Source of the DNA: Candidatus Parvarchaeum sp. | Lineage (GTDB): Archaea > Nanobdellota > Nanobdellia > Parvarchaeales > Parvarchaeaceae | Direction of reading: 5' to 3' | Assembly (NCBI GenBank): GCA_049965555.1 | Contig: JBMFWF010000009.1 | Location: 21,918 to 37,828, forward strand | Length of the DNA stretch: 15,911 nucleotides | In this document: in pieces, positions 15,575-15,911 of the stretch | How positions within the stretch are numbered: the first letter of the stretch is position 1 | How the letters are laid out: each line of letters opens with the position of its first letter | Notes under the pieces: generated by a model | What the model saw: only the letters and a program-made list of their open reading frames with translations | What the model was told of the DNA's origin: nothing | Databases searched by the model: none | Made by a program: the position numbers and the translations under genes

Positions 15575-15911
15575 TACGAAGTTTTGGCTGATTAGTAATC
15601 GTGCGCTGAAGATCTCGGCTTTCGCCTTGGTCCTTACACGCCGATTCTATCAACGGGGTCTTCTTCCCCAGCCTCAACGATGCCTATTTTTACGGAGGGT
15701 TTCGAGCTTAGATGCCTTCAGCTCTTATCCCATAGCGTGTGGCTACGCGGCGTACCCTGTCGGATAACCGCTAACTAGTGACGCCGAATCGCTGTTCCTT
15801 TCGTACTAGTCGAATCTTCCATTCAGGCATCGACCACCTCCACTAGTTAAATACCGGCCTGCCTCGCGGCGGCCTAAACTCAGCTCACGGTCCCCTTTAA
15901 CCAGTGAACAC
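15575..15911 (-). rRNA. rrl: 23S rRNA, 3'-terminal ~335 nt (from about E. coli position 2551 to the 3' end); partial, 3' boundary approximate
   Basis: Reverse complement contains A-loop TGTTC, GTGAGCTGAGTTTAG, helix 93, sarcin-ricin loop AGTACGAAAGGAAC, GGATAAGAGCTGAAGGCATCTAAGCTCGAAACC and GTTGATAG..GTGTAAG..TACTAAT. Helix 94 pairs CGATGCCT/AGGCATCG. Archaeal-style sequence. Confidence 0.97.

Overview
AT-rich, tightly packed archaeal chromosome segment. Its gene style suggests a reduced DPANN archaeon, probably an acidophilic Parvarchaeota/ARMAN-like lineage (inference, not searched). It is mostly information-processing housekeeping: asnS, a 4xCBS protein, the PolD large subunit (DP2), tRNA-His(GUG), alaS, ileS, tbp, a VKOR-family oxidoreductase and the 3' end of an archaeal 23S rRNA (minus strand, cut by the window edge). 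There are also two orphan ORFs. The ORF track misses a >=501-aa minus-strand gene (1503 to the left edge) encoding a pilin-like-anchored, Cys-paired repeat surface protein. I saw no mobile element, CRISPR array, intein or defence system, and no clearly new multi-gene system. Best leads: (1) the CBS protein ends in an HPF/RaiA-like domain, so it is a candidate archaeal ribosome hibernation factor; (2) the repeat surface protein has a non-canonical class III signal and an internal codon-usage switch suggesting module swapping; (3) the 23S rRNA deviates at near-universal positions (GAAA sarcin-ricin tetraloop, A at position 2582), as animal mitochondrial rRNA does.
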